Shown here piece after piece: positions 40,233 to 49,179 of a DNA stretch of 64,000 nt. The DNA is from Mycobacterium sp. GTDB lineage: Bacteria; Actinomycetota; Actinomycetes; Mycobacteriales; Mycobacteriaceae. The translations under genes were made by a program, and so were the position numbers. The notes under the pieces were generated by a model. The model saw only the letters and a list, made by a program, of their open reading frames with translations, did not search any database and was not told the origin of the DNA. The stretch spans positions 11,845 through 75,844 of the forward strand of contig NZ_JBOHHI010000105.1 of the NCBI RefSeq assembly GCF_050700595.1. The letters are read 5' to 3'. The first letter of the stretch is position 1. Every line of letters begins with the position of its first letter.

Positions 40233-40643
40233 TCACCCCTTGAGGAATGCCCGTGCCGCCACGAGCACCGCCTGTTCGGCTTCGCCAACGGGTTGAGTGG
40301 AGAGCACGACCAAGGGCGCTTCGTCGTCAAGTTGAGGGTTCGACGACCTGAGAAAGGCAGCCGCTACCGTCGGGGTGTAGATGGATTCAATAGCCCTGAC
40401 CGCCCGAAACAACACGGCGAGTCGACTGACAACGTCATGTTCGCGTGGCTCGGCTTGCCGCTCGACCCAGCCGCGAACAGTACGGGCGTCTTTCAACCCA
40501 AGAGCGGCGGTCGTGTAGCGCACCCCCACAGACCCAATCAGGTGACGTGCCTGTTCCCACGGCGGCGTTACCACGGACTCCTTGTATGCCGCCTCCCAGG
40601 CGTCGGCGACGGCAGACGAGGGATGCACCACAGCCTTGTCCAT
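40233..40643 (-). CDS. Xre/MbcA/ParS-type antitoxin-like protein (DUF2384-like C-terminus), no cognate toxin adjacent
   Basis: The second ATG of GGAGGTACATGATG (40643) is the likely start. The C-terminal AAFLRSSNPQLDDEAPLVVLSTQPVGEAEQAVLVAARAFLKG resembles the toxin-binding domain of Xre/MbcA/ParS antitoxins. This is a motif-level call only. Confidence 0.5.
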   Translation of the reverse strand: MDKAVVHPSSAVADAWEAAYKESVVTPPWEQARHLIGSVGVRYTTAALGLKDARTVRGWVERQAEPREHDVVSRLAVLFRAVRAIESIYTPTVAAAFLRSSNPQLDDEAPLVVLSTQPVGEAEQAVLVAARAFLKG

Positions 40644-40741
40644 CATGTACCTCCTAACCGCGATGCTAACGCAATCACTCGCGCAAATATTGTCTGGAGC
40701 GCAGGCGTTCACCGCCCGGCGACGGCGTTGACCTAGTGCTG

Positions 40742-42253
40742 TCAGCCGCCGTACAGACGCAAGGCCCGGGCCGTCGCCGTCGCCGCGTCACCCCGCAGAT
40801 CCGAGATCGGTGTACTGCCGCGCAGATGGATGGCGTTCGTGAGCAGAATTACGTAGGTGTCTGAGCCAGGGTCCACCCACAGCGAGGTTCCGGTAAAGCC
40901 GGTGTTGCCGAAGCTGCCGATCGGAAAGAGCCTGCCGCGCGGCATGGAATAGGCCGTATCGATATCCCAGCCGAAGCCGAACAGGTTTTGCCCCTTGATT
41001 GCCGGATACTTGGATTCTCGGGCGGCGGCGTTGGCTGCTTGGAGTTGTTGAGCGGTATGCCCGGGCTGCTGCGGAGTCGTCATCAACTCCAGAGTCGCTT
41101 GCCTCAGCGGAAATTCGCTGGGGCGGTCTGCCAGCCGATCAAGCAGAGCCTGCGCATAGCTGCTGACATCGTGCGCCGTCGAGAACACCCCGGCATTGCC
41201 TGCCACTCCGCCCATGCGGCGTGCCGTCGGGTCATGCACGGTGCCCCGAAGCAGGTAACCATAATCTGGATTCTTGCCCGGATCGGCTCTGCTTTCCTCG
41301 TCAAGTGCCGTGGGTGCGACACGCGGCAAAATATCGATACTCCAGGTACCTGCCGGACAAGTCACGCGCCCTGGTGGCGTGGGCGCCCACGCGATCGCAG
41401 CTCCTCTGATCGTGTGTGGGCCACATGCTTTGGCCGGCGGAAGAAAGTGGGTGTCTTCCATGCCGAGCGGCGCAAACACGTTGCGCTGAACGTAAACGTC
41501 TTCTGCCTCGCCGGTGACTTTCTCGAGCAGCGCGCCAAGCAGAATGTAGTTGATGTCGGAGTAGCGGAAACCCGCACCCGGACCCGACTGCAGCGGCGTG
41601 CTGAGCGCACGATGAATGCCTTCTGCTTTGTCGGCCCGGTCCAGTCCCCACGGATCTGCGAGGCTTACGTCTATCGGTTCGCCTGAAGTGTTGGTCAGCA
41701 ACATGCGAACCGTCACCTTGGCGCGTTGTGGATCGTTCGCCGTGTTGAAGTCGGGCAGATACTTCTGCACGGGATCGTCAAACTGAACCTTGCCGTGTTC
41801 GTAGAGCTGCATGACGGCAGTGGCCGTTGCGAGGCACTTCGTCAGCGACGCCATGTCGAAGATCGTGTCCTCGGTCATCGGCTCTGCAGGTGCAGGCGAT
41901 CCATCGAGCCCCTGTTCGCCGGCAAGCTTGCGCGAGCCATAAGCCTGATGGAAGACAACCTTGCCGGCGTGCCCGATCACCACCACAGCACCCGGCAACC
42001 GCTCTGCCGCAATGGCATCGTTGATCAGCTTGGAGACTGTTGCGAAGTCAGCTGTGGGAGGCGCATCTGGCGCCTGCGTTGTGTGCGGGCCACTGGTTAC
42101 TGCTGTGCGCTCGGCACAGCCGACCGCGCACGCCGCAGCGAGCGTAAGCAAGATAATCCCAACGGCAATGGCCTTGCGCACAGGTGGCTCCAGCGTAGCG
42201 AATCGGGCGGATAGTCGTGGCCACTGCCGGTGCGGAAGAATCGCGGTCAGCAT
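40742..42253 (-). CDS. serine hydrolase / beta-lactamase-family (class C-like) lipoprotein
   Basis: It carries the SxxK motif FDMASLTKCLAT and a lipoprotein-like signal VRKAIAVGIILLTLAAAC. The likely true start is the GTG at 42181; 42253 is the ORF-track maximum. Confidence 0.75.
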   Translation of the reverse strand: MLTAILPHRQWPRLSARFATLEPPVRKAIAVGIILLTLAAACAVGCAERTAVTSGPHTTQAPDAPPTADFATVSKLINDAIAAERLPGAVVVIGHAGKVVFHQAYGSRKLAGEQGLDGSPAPAEPMTEDTIFDMASLTKCLATATAVMQLYEHGKVQFDDPVQKYLPDFNTANDPQRAKVTVRMLLTNTSGEPIDVSLADPWGLDRADKAEGIHRALSTPLQSGPGAGFRYSDINYILLGALLEKVTGEAEDVYVQRNVFAPLGMEDTHFLPPAKACGPHTIRGAAIAWAPTPPGRVTCPAGTWSIDILPRVAPTALDEESRADPGKNPDYGYLLRGTVHDPTARRMGGVAGNAGVFSTAHDVSSYAQALLDRLADRPSEFPLRQATLELMTTPQQPGHTAQQLQAANAAARESKYPAIKGQNLFGFGWDIDTAYSMPRGRLFPIGSFGNTGFTGTSLWVDPGSDTYVILLTNAIHLRGSTPISDLRGDAATATARALRLYGG

Positions 42254-42932
42254 GAACGACGCTTCCGCACCGACATCGCGACGACGCCACCTCGTGCGGC
42301 TCGCCGCGTTCGCGGCCTTCCTTCTTGGGTTGTTCTATCTGGTAGCCGTCAAGCGCGTGATCGACGTCGAGGAGGTGCGGCGCGCGGTCTCGGCGACGGG
42401 GCCGGCGGCGCCGCTGACCTACGCCGTGGTGTCGGCGGTCCTCGGCGCATTGTTCGTGCCGGGCCCGATCCTGGCGGCGGGCAGCGGGCTGCTGTTCGGT
42501 CCGCTACTGGGCGTCTTCGTGACGCTGGGTGCGACGGTGGGCACCGCGATCGTGGCGAGCCTGGTCGGTCGTCGGGCCGGCCGAGACAGCGCGCGGGCTC
42601 TGCTGGGAACCAAGCGCGCCGACCGCATCGACGCGCTGATCGACCGAGGGGGCCTGTGGGCGGTCGTCGGGCAGCGCTTCGTGCCCGGCATCTCGGACGC
42701 GCTCGCCGCCTATGCGTTCGGCGCGTTCGGAGTTCCGTTGTGGCAGATGGCCGTTGGCGCGTTTATCGGTTCGGCGCCGCGGGCCTTCGTCTACACCGCG
42801 CTGGGCGCCTCGATCGCGAATCGGTCACCTGCGTTGGCATACGCAGCGATCGCAGTGTGGTGCGTAACCGCCGTCGTCGGCGCGTTCGCGGCGCGGCGCG
42901 CATACCGAAAATGGCGTGCGCCCGCCGGATGA
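42252..42932 (+). CDS. TVP38/TMEM64 (DedA-related) family membrane protein
   Basis: From the ATG at 42252 the product reads MNDASAPTSRRRHLVRLAAFAAFLL, continues with FVPGPILAAGSGLLFGPLLG, and is polytopic. Confidence 0.7.
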   Translation: MNDASAPTSRRRHLVRLAAFAAFLLGLFYLVAVKRVIDVEEVRRAVSATGPAAPLTYAVVSAVLGALFVPGPILAAGSGLLFGPLLGVFVTLGATVGTAIVASLVGRRAGRDSARALLGTKRADRIDALIDRGGLWAVVGQRFVPGISDALAAYAFGAFGVPLWQMAVGAFIGSAPRAFVYTALGASIANRSPALAYAAIAVWCVTAVVGAFAARRAYRKWRAPAG

Positions 42933-42944
42933 CGGCGGGAGCGG

Positions 42945-43607
42945 TCAGCCGTCGGGTCGGCTGAAGCGGAACAAGATCTTCCGGTTGTAGTAGTAGTCGA
43001 GCCACTCGAGTAACCGGCCTTCGCTGAGGTCCGCAGCAGCGATCGGGACAAAGCGTATGCGCAGTCGCCCGGCGGCAACCTGGAACCCTGCGTCGGAGAA
43101 CCACGCGGTCACTTGTTCGAGGTCGTAAAGCGCGGGCAGGCCCATCTCCCCGGCGTTCTCCGCATGCCAGGTCGCCATCAGGGGGCTGGCGGTATGCACG
43201 CCCATCACGGCGTAGTACACCCCGCCGGGCTTGAGGACCCGGAAAATGGACGTCGCATGCGCCGGCAGATCATCAAGCAGGTAAAGCACCTCGTGGCTAA
43301 ACGCCACATCGAAGCCACTCCACGCCGCGGGCGGCGCTGCGGCGGTCTCGAACCGCAGCGGGCGCGTCCCCGCCAGGCGACGTGCGTCCTCGATTGCGCC
43401 GGCCGCGGGGTCGTAGCCGAAGCCCTCGTGGATACCACAGTCGTCGACGAGCAGCCGCAGAAAGCCTCCCCGGTTGCAGCCGACGTCGAGGACCCGCGTG
43501 CCGGCGAGGTCGACGTCGATGGTGTCCAGCATCGCTCCCCAGGCGAAGCGGTGCTCGTCCTGCATCGCCTCGTCCTCGGCCGCGCCGCGCCAATAGCTGG
43601 TACCCAT
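42945..43607 (-). CDS. class I SAM-dependent methyltransferase
   Basis: 220 aa with motif I VLDVGCNRGGF and a post-I acidic residue. Confidence 0.7.
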   Translation of the reverse strand: MGTSYWRGAAEDEAMQDEHRFAWGAMLDTIDVDLAGTRVLDVGCNRGGFLRLLVDDCGIHEGFGYDPAAGAIEDARRLAGTRPLRFETAAAPPAAWSGFDVAFSHEVLYLLDDLPAHATSIFRVLKPGGVYYAVMGVHTASPLMATWHAENAGEMGLPALYDLEQVTAWFSDAGFQVAAGRLRIRFVPIAAADLSEGRLLEWLDYYYNRKILFRFSRPDG

Positions 43608-43618
43608 GACGATCGCCG

Positions 43619-45703
43619 ATGGTAGACCCCGGTGAAACCGTAGCCTTTGTTGCTATGCCGGTGGCTGTTCGGGCGGTGTCTGCGATGTTCGCATTACTGC
43701 TGCTGGGGGTTACCGGTGTTGCTGCGGCAGCGGTTGCGCCTGCCGAACCGGTTATCACCGGACCCGGCTCCAGGTTGGTGGGCTGGGACACCTACCGGCG
43801 ATTGGATCGCTTGCCGTATCTGAGCGCCGACACGCAGAGTCTGCAGGTGTCGAGTTTCGATCGCAGCGGCGGTGATTTCGACATCGCCACCGGTAACCGG
43901 AACGGCACCGGTGGCTGTCTGGCGCCCGGTGGTGCCGGATGTGTCATCGTCGAGGATCGCGGTGCCGGAGAGGTTGATTCGATCTGGTTCACCCGCGACG
44001 GCGGCAATGTGACCCGGATCGGAACGATCCGCATCGAGCTGGATGGGCAGACCGTGATAGACGCGCCACTGCAATCGGTGGTCGACGGTGCGCTGGGTGC
44101 GCCATTCGTGTGGCCTCTGGTGGCCAACACCGCGCAGTCACCGGGAGGTGTTTACCTCAAGGTACCGATGCCCTACCGGCAGTCGATGCGGATCAGTGTC
44201 GCAACGAATTTGGAATACTACCACGTCGACTATCGCCACTTTTCGACCGCCGACGGCGTGACCACTTTCTCGCCTGCCGACCCCGCGCTCGACGTGCTCG
44301 CGACCCTGCGCGCCGCGGGCACCGTCGACCCCAAACCGTCGGCACCTGCAGCGGCGCATCACAATCGGGTCGTCGAGCTTCCCGCCGGCACGGGCCTGAC
44401 GATCGCGGAATCGACTGGTTCGGGCAGCATCTCGGCACTACATCTGTGGCTGCCGGAACCGACGGATCAACTCCTGACCGGGTTGCGCCTGGCGATCGAG
44501 TTCGACGGCCGAACCATGGTCGACTCGCCACTGGGGGAATTCTTCGGCGCCGGACTGGGCACCACCACCGTGCGATCGCTGATGTTCGCCACCATCCCGC
44601 AACCCGGCGGCGCGTTGGCGTTGTCGGAATGGTGGCCAATGCCTTTCGCCAACACCGCCCGCGTCACCCTCGTCAACACCACGGGCAATGCCGTAGCAGG
44701 GATCGACAGCGATGTCGTAACGACGCCCGACCCCCAGTGGGCGCCCGCGCTGGCCAGCGGCCGTGCCGGCTACTTCACCGCACGCTCGCATGCCGGACCG
44801 ACGACGCTCGATCAGGACTGGTTGTTCGCCGATGAAGAGGGCCACGGCAAATTCGTCGGCGTCAGCCACACCATGAGCGGTTCGCCGATCAAAACGTCGT
44901 TTAGCGAGGGCGCCCCGTACTTTCTGGAAGGAGCCGAACGCGTGTACACAGACGGTTCCGCATCGCCGCAGTGGTACGGCACCGGCACCGAGGACCTTTA
45001 CGAGGGCGGCTGGTATTTCAACAACGGCAAGCACTTCAGCGACCCGCTCACCGGACAACCCGATCAACGCACGGCGGCCGGCGGGTGTGCAGGCTATTGT
45101 GTCGCCACTTATCGGCTCATGCTCGCCGAGGCGATCGGCTACCACTCGGCAATCCGGTTCGGCATCGAACACGGCAAACGCAACATGGTCCAACCCGACT
45201 ACAGCTCAACCGCATTCCTCTACACGCAACCGAACGACACCATTACGCCCAGTGACGATGTCTACCCCAGCGATCCGGTCAGTCGACTCGTGCACGGCTA
45301 CGCCGACGCCGACGCCGACGCCACCGATGAATTGCTGATCAGCGAGTACGAGGGGAGCGACGACACCCGCACCATTCCCGGGTTAGTCCGCGCCACCCAG
45401 GCGGCGTTCACCTTCCACGTCGTAATCCACCCCGGTAACCGCGGCCTCCTGCTGCGCCGCACATCGGACCAAGCGATTGGGTATCAGTCAGCAGACGTTG
45501 CCATTGACGGCATGCCCGCCGGCACCTGGTTACAGCCACGCAGCAACACCGCACACCGTTGGCTAGATGACACATACCTCCTACCGGGCTCTCTCACCGC
45601 AGGCAAAACCCTGATCATGATCACGCTCACCCCCACCCCCGACTCCCCGCCCTGGACCGCCGGCCGCTACCACGTAGACAACCTAACGGGGCTGTCCGAT
45701 TGA
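43619..45703 (+). CDS. secreted DUF2961 / GH172-like protein
   Basis: 694 aa with an N-terminal signal-like segment (the start may be the ATG at 43655). The DUF2961-type motif WYGTGTEDLYEGGWYF is present. Confidence 0.6.
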   Translation: MVDPGETVAFVAMPVAVRAVSAMFALLLLGVTGVAAAAVAPAEPVITGPGSRLVGWDTYRRLDRLPYLSADTQSLQVSSFDRSGGDFDIATGNRNGTGGCLAPGGAGCVIVEDRGAGEVDSIWFTRDGGNVTRIGTIRIELDGQTVIDAPLQSVVDGALGAPFVWPLVANTAQSPGGVYLKVPMPYRQSMRISVATNLEYYHVDYRHFSTADGVTTFSPADPALDVLATLRAAGTVDPKPSAPAAAHHNRVVELPAGTGLTIAESTGSGSISALHLWLPEPTDQLLTGLRLAIEFDGRTMVDSPLGEFFGAGLGTTTVRSLMFATIPQPGGALALSEWWPMPFANTARVTLVNTTGNAVAGIDSDVVTTPDPQWAPALASGRAGYFTARSHAGPTTLDQDWLFADEEGHGKFVGVSHTMSGSPIKTSFSEGAPYFLEGAERVYTDGSASPQWYGTGTEDLYEGGWYFNNGKHFSDPLTGQPDQRTAAGGCAGYCVATYRLMLAEAIGYHSAIRFGIEHGKRNMVQPDYSSTAFLYTQPNDTITPSDDVYPSDPVSRLVHGYADADADATDELLISEYEGSDDTRTIPGLVRATQAAFTFHVVIHPGNRGLLLRRTSDQAIGYQSADVAIDGMPAGTWLQPRSNTAHRWLDDTYLLPGSLTAGKTLIMITLTPTPDSPPWTAGRYHVDNLTGLSD

Positions 45704-45728
45704 GCGTCAGGCCGCGTGCTTATTTCCC

Positions 45729-45751
45729 ATTGTGGGATTGTGGGCATAAAC
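45729..45751 (+). promoter_or_regulatory. tandem 8-mer ATTGTGGG x2 plus -10-like TAAACT immediately upstream of the AbrB-like gene
   Basis: ATTGTGGGATTGTGGG lies at 45729-45744 and TAAACT at 45746-45751. The ATG at 45759 is 8 nt downstream, which suggests a leaderless-type arrangement. Confidence 0.4.
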
Positions 45752-45758
45752 TTCTCGC

Positions 45759-45989
45759 ATGACGATGATCGTTGAAACCGATGACCGAAGCCGGGTTGTG
45801 CTGCCCGGGCACCCCAACCAAAGATTCGTGTTGCGAGAGAACGACGACGGAAGTCTGTTGCTCCAGCCGGCGCGCGTAGTGACTGAGGCGCAGCATGAAT
45901 ACGACAGCGACCCGGAACTGCGCGAGCTGCTGAGTCGGGCGGCGGCAGCGCCCACGGTGCGGCGCGCCCGTCGCCGCAGATCCTCGTGA
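45759..45989 (+). CDS. AbrB/MazE-fold (SpoVT-type) antitoxin-like protein
   Basis: 76 aa with an N-terminal swapped-hairpin-like sequence (DDRSRVVLPGHPNQRFVLRENDDGSLLLQP) and a basic tail. A GTGA overlap links it to the next gene. Confidence 0.65.
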   Translation: MTMIVETDDRSRVVLPGHPNQRFVLRENDDGSLLLQPARVVTEAQHEYDSDPELRELLSRAAAAPTVRRARRRRSS

Positions 45990-46249
45990 ACAGCGAGGGC
46001 GACTACTCCGAGATCGCGGATGCTCAACTCAACGCTCTGGAGGCCGGTTCTGACAGCGACCTCTACAACGCGGTGCTCGACGCTTGTGAGCTGATCTTCC
46101 GTGCGCCGGGTCAGGCATGCGCCCTGTCGAGCGCGGTCATCACAAAGGAGGGCATCCGCCTACGACTGCCCGTGCCTGGGCACCCGCCCTACAAAGTCTT
46201 CTGGTCAACGGAGGGCCCCCGCATCGAAGCGGTCTTTCCTCATCCATGA
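45986..46249 (+). CDS. small toxin candidate, RelE/ParE-superfamily-like (weak)
   Basis: 87 aa, translationally coupled to the upstream gene. The C-terminal YKVFWSTEGPRIEAVFPHP resembles the terminal beta-strands of ParE/RelE toxins. No catalytic residues could be assigned. Confidence 0.55.
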   Translation: MNSEGDYSEIADAQLNALEAGSDSDLYNAVLDACELIFRAPGQACALSSAVITKEGIRLRLPVPGHPPYKVFWSTEGPRIEAVFPHP

Positions 46250-46293
46250 CGTTCATGGGTGAGGACGCCGGACTTCCGTCCCACCGGTCACGC

Positions 46294-46345
46294 CGCCGAA
46301 CCGCAACACGAAATGCCCGCCTCGCAGCGACTTTTCGACTTGGCT
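46294..46345 (+). repeat. dispersed repeat, copy S (contains the probable SEC-C gene start)
   Basis: gccgaaccgcaacacgaaATGcccgcctcgcagcgacttttcgacttggctg. It matches copy C1 at 31 of 40 ungapped positions by hand alignment. Confidence 0.7.
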
Positions 46346-48937
46346 GTGTATAGAGCCTCGCGACACGGCCAAGCACGGCATAGGGTGGTCGCCGTGGCAG
46401 AAGCGTTCGACGGGACCCGGACCCTTGCGACAATTCTCACCGAACACGGCCCATTGCCCGAGGAAGACATCGCACGACGACTGCAAGACAGCGGCGTGGC
46501 CGACCCGGACACCGTACTCGACGAGATTCTCGACGAAAGTGGTTGTGCGGCAGGGATGTTGGTTGACGGCCGGTGGGTGTGGCTGCCGACGCTGCTGGCT
46601 GGGCGGGTATTCACGCACCGGCTGGGCGCCGACGAGTTAGCCCACGACATTCTGGCCGTGACCCCGGACCTGGACCCGATCACAGCGCTCTGCGAGCACG
46701 AGCAGTACCAGCAGCTCGCCGACGGGTCGGCGGCGCAGGTCGTGCTGGCCGAGTTCGACGACGAGCTGCTCGAGCCGCGGGGCATCCCGGCCGAGGTAGT
46801 CGACCCGGGAGGCGCCCTGCTGCTGACGCCGGGCACGCTGGGAGCGTTGGGGGTGACCGAAGGCGACCTGGTCGGGGTGCGGTTGACCGAACAGGGACTC
46901 GTGGTCGAGCGGGTTACCGCGCCCGCGGATTCTGCGGTCGGCGCGCGGCTGGCCGCGATGCTCGACGCCGACGAGCCGGTGTTCGTCGACGCGGCGGTAT
47001 GGACGGCGTGCGTCGAGGATCCCCAGGTCTTCACCGAGCCGCTGGCGCCGCTGGGTGAGATCGTCGAGGACTGCGGTCTGGCACACAGCGGAGATTGGCT
47101 TGCACCCGCCGGGTTCGATTTCGACCGTTGGCGTTTCGAGCGCGGGTGCGCGATGCTGGCCGAGCTGCGCGACCTCGACCCCGACGACGCCGTCGCGCTG
47201 TACACGCTGGTCCAACTGTACGAGGCGATATCGCTGCTGATCGAGGCCGCCGACGCCGACGAGCTGCCCGAGGATGCGTTGACCGACGAGGCCGCGGAAT
47301 CACCGGAGGCCGACCCGTTCGAGGATGTCGTCGGTGAGTTCGGGGCCGCGCTCGCCGACCCGCGGCTGGCGGAGCTGCTGGTGGCCGAGACGCTCGGCGC
47401 CGACCCCGACGGGGCGCCCGCACTGGGCCTGTTCGCCGACGTGCTGGAGCCCAAGGTGCCGCGCTCGGCGCGGGTGGCGGTTCGCTGGCTGCGTGCGGTG
47501 GCGCTGGAGCGGATCGGTGACATCGATGCGGCCGAACGCGCGCTGCTGGCCGCCGAGTCGTTGGACCCGGCCTGGCCGCTGCCGTTGCGCGACCTGGCCC
47601 GCATCGCCTCCGATCGCGGCGACGCCGAGCGCGGGTTGGCGTTGCTGCGCCGCGCCGGTGCCGATCCGGACCACCCGCTGGTGGAGCTGCTGGAGCGGCA
47701 CCGCGCCGAGCCGCGCTCCGACGTCGGCCGAAATGACCCGTGCTGGTGCGGGTCTGGCCGCAAGTACAAGAAATGCCATCTCGGCCACGAACAGCGGCCG
47801 CTTGCCGAGCGGGCAAACTGGTTGTACGCCAAGGCCAGTCAGCACGCGCTGCTGAGCGGGTGGGATGAGCTGCTGGCCGAGGTGGGCTACGAACGCTGCC
47901 GCTACGCCGACGATGACCCCGACGCGCTGGACGCGACACTGGAGGATCCGCTGGTGCTAGACGCGGTGCTGTTCGAGGGCGGCGCGTTCGCGGAGTTCCT
48001 CGACGTGCGCAGAGCATTGCTGCCCGACGACGAGCGGCTACTGGCCGACCAATGGCTCGCGGTGGAGCGTTCGGTGTTCGAGGTCGACCAGGTGCACCCC
48101 GGGCAGGGGGTCACCGTGCGCGATGTGCGCACCGGCGATACCCACGAGGTACGTGAGCGGGCGGCCAGTCGACAGCTGAAGCCCGGGCAACTGGTCTGCG
48201 CACGCGTGCTGCCCGCCGGGGACACCATGCAGTTTTTCGGCGGACTGGAACCCGTTGCGCTGCACGAGCGTGACCCGCTGATTGAGCTGCTCGACACCGA
48301 ACCCGACCCGGTGACGCTGGTTGCGCAACTGAGCCGCCGGTTCGCGCCGCCGACGCTGACCAACACCGAGGGCGATCCGCTGGCGATCTGCGAGGCCACC
48401 GTGCGGGTCAGCGACCCGGTCGGGATCCAGGTCGCACTCGATGACACCTACGACCGGGCCGGCGGCGACGAGACGCCGCGGTGGTTCGAGCACGTCACCA
48501 CTCATGGCATGCCGCGGATTCGGGCTGCGCTGGTGCTCGATGGCGACACGCTGCAGGCGGAGACCAACAGCGAAAAGCGGATGGACCGCGTGCTGGCCAC
48601 GCTGGCACACCTCGACCCCGCGATGAGTGTGCTCGACGACGCCCGCCGCCCGGTGCGCGACGTCCGGGAGGCCCAGCGTCTGCCTGTGGCCAGTGCGGAC
48701 GCACTCGACCCCGACGATCCCAAAGTTGCCGCGGCCCTTGCAGAATTCATCCGCGACTACGAGACCAAGTGGCTCGATGAACCCATCCCCGCGCTCGACG
48801 GCCACACCCCAAGGGAGGCCGCCGACGACCCCACCCGACGCGGCGACCTGATCAAACTCCTGGATAGTTTTCCCGCCGGTGCAGCCGCCCACGGCGGCAT
48901 GGACGTCGGCCGGTTGCGTGCCGCGCTCGGTCTGTAG
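46313..48937 (+). CDS. large SEC-C-motif protein with TPR-like region and C-terminal DUF2384-like motif
   Basis: 874 aa from the ATG at 46313 (892 aa from the GTG at 46259). It has an acidic linker, TPR-like helices (AVALERIGDIDAAERALLAAESLDP), the SEC-C zinc motif NDPCWCGSGRKYKKCH, and a C-terminal WLDEPIPALDGHTPREAADDPTRRGDLIKLL. Confidence 0.8.
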   Translation: MPASQRLFDLAVYRASRHGQARHRVVAVAEAFDGTRTLATILTEHGPLPEEDIARRLQDSGVADPDTVLDEILDESGCAAGMLVDGRWVWLPTLLAGRVFTHRLGADELAHDILAVTPDLDPITALCEHEQYQQLADGSAAQVVLAEFDDELLEPRGIPAEVVDPGGALLLTPGTLGALGVTEGDLVGVRLTEQGLVVERVTAPADSAVGARLAAMLDADEPVFVDAAVWTACVEDPQVFTEPLAPLGEIVEDCGLAHSGDWLAPAGFDFDRWRFERGCAMLAELRDLDPDDAVALYTLVQLYEAISLLIEAADADELPEDALTDEAAESPEADPFEDVVGEFGAALADPRLAELLVAETLGADPDGAPALGLFADVLEPKVPRSARVAVRWLRAVALERIGDIDAAERALLAAESLDPAWPLPLRDLARIASDRGDAERGLALLRRAGADPDHPLVELLERHRAEPRSDVGRNDPCWCGSGRKYKKCHLGHEQRPLAERANWLYAKASQHALLSGWDELLAEVGYERCRYADDDPDALDATLEDPLVLDAVLFEGGAFAEFLDVRRALLPDDERLLADQWLAVERSVFEVDQVHPGQGVTVRDVRTGDTHEVRERAASRQLKPGQLVCARVLPAGDTMQFFGGLEPVALHERDPLIELLDTEPDPVTLVAQLSRRFAPPTLTNTEGDPLAICEATVRVSDPVGIQVALDDTYDRAGGDETPRWFEHVTTHGMPRIRAALVLDGDTLQAETNSEKRMDRVLATLAHLDPAMSVLDDARRPVRDVREAQRLPVASADALDPDDPKVAAALAEFIRDYETKWLDEPIPALDGHTPREAADDPTRRGDLIKLLDSFPAGAAAHGGMDVGRLRAALGL

Positions 48938-49082
48938 CCGGCTTCGATGAACGACGATTTGGAGCTATCGAACCAGCCGTTCGACCGATTCATCGCCGAG
49001 GCTGTCGACGACGCAGCCGCTGCTTTACGAGCGGTATGGTTTCGTCCGGACTCCCGCCTCGGCTCGCTCGGCGAGGTTCGTT

Positions 49083-49105
49083 GTGCCCGGCTACGAGCGA
49101 CAAAT
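49083..49105 (+). repeat. dispersed repeat, short partial copy
   Basis: GTGcccggctacgagcgacaaat shares the core GTGCCCnnCTnCGAGCGAC with C1 and C2. It runs into the 49096-49130 hairpin. Confidence 0.4.
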
Positions 49106-49130
49106 TCCTTGCGTTCCTTGATTTGTCGCT
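49096..49130. terminator. perfect 10-bp stem hairpin between the convergent SEC-C operon and the vapBC relic
   Basis: AGCGACAAAT (49096-49105) pairs with ATTTGTCGCT (49121-49130). The 15-nt loop is tccttgcgttccttg. Confidence 0.35.
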
Positions 49131-49179
49131 ACTAGGCGGGCAAATTGTGTGTCGCCTCGATCCAGAGGTTCGCGCGAGC

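Noticed and set aside
40661-40690. Short similarity to the IS607 right-end region (cgatgctaacgca and atcactcgc here vs ggatgctacgca and atcactcactcgc at 60771-60795), a possible solo end or target site
   Set aside because: There are only two short blocks, and they occur in the opposite order. This is within what chance could give, and no further IS-related sequence lies nearby.
42251-42254. Divergent genes whose start codons would overlap on the palindrome CATG (serine hydrolase at 42253 minus, TVP38 at 42252 plus)
   Set aside because: The hydrolase more plausibly starts at the GTG at 42181, directly before a lipoprotein signal peptide (VRKAIAVGIILLTLAAAC). That leaves a normal divergent promoter region.
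46288-47832. 514-aa minus-strand ORF, extremely Ser/Ala-rich, antisense to the SEC-C gene
   Set aside because: It has low-complexity composition and no recognisable motif. It lies fully inside a plus-strand gene with good domain signatures, so it is a GC-rich antisense artefact.
48947-49135. 62-aa ORF starting 10 nt after the SEC-C gene stop (MNDDLELSNQPFDRFIAEAVDD...)
   Set aside because: The coding signal fades after about 30 codons, and the 3' half runs through the partial dispersed-repeat copy and the hairpin. It may be a gene relic, and there is not enough support to call a CDS.
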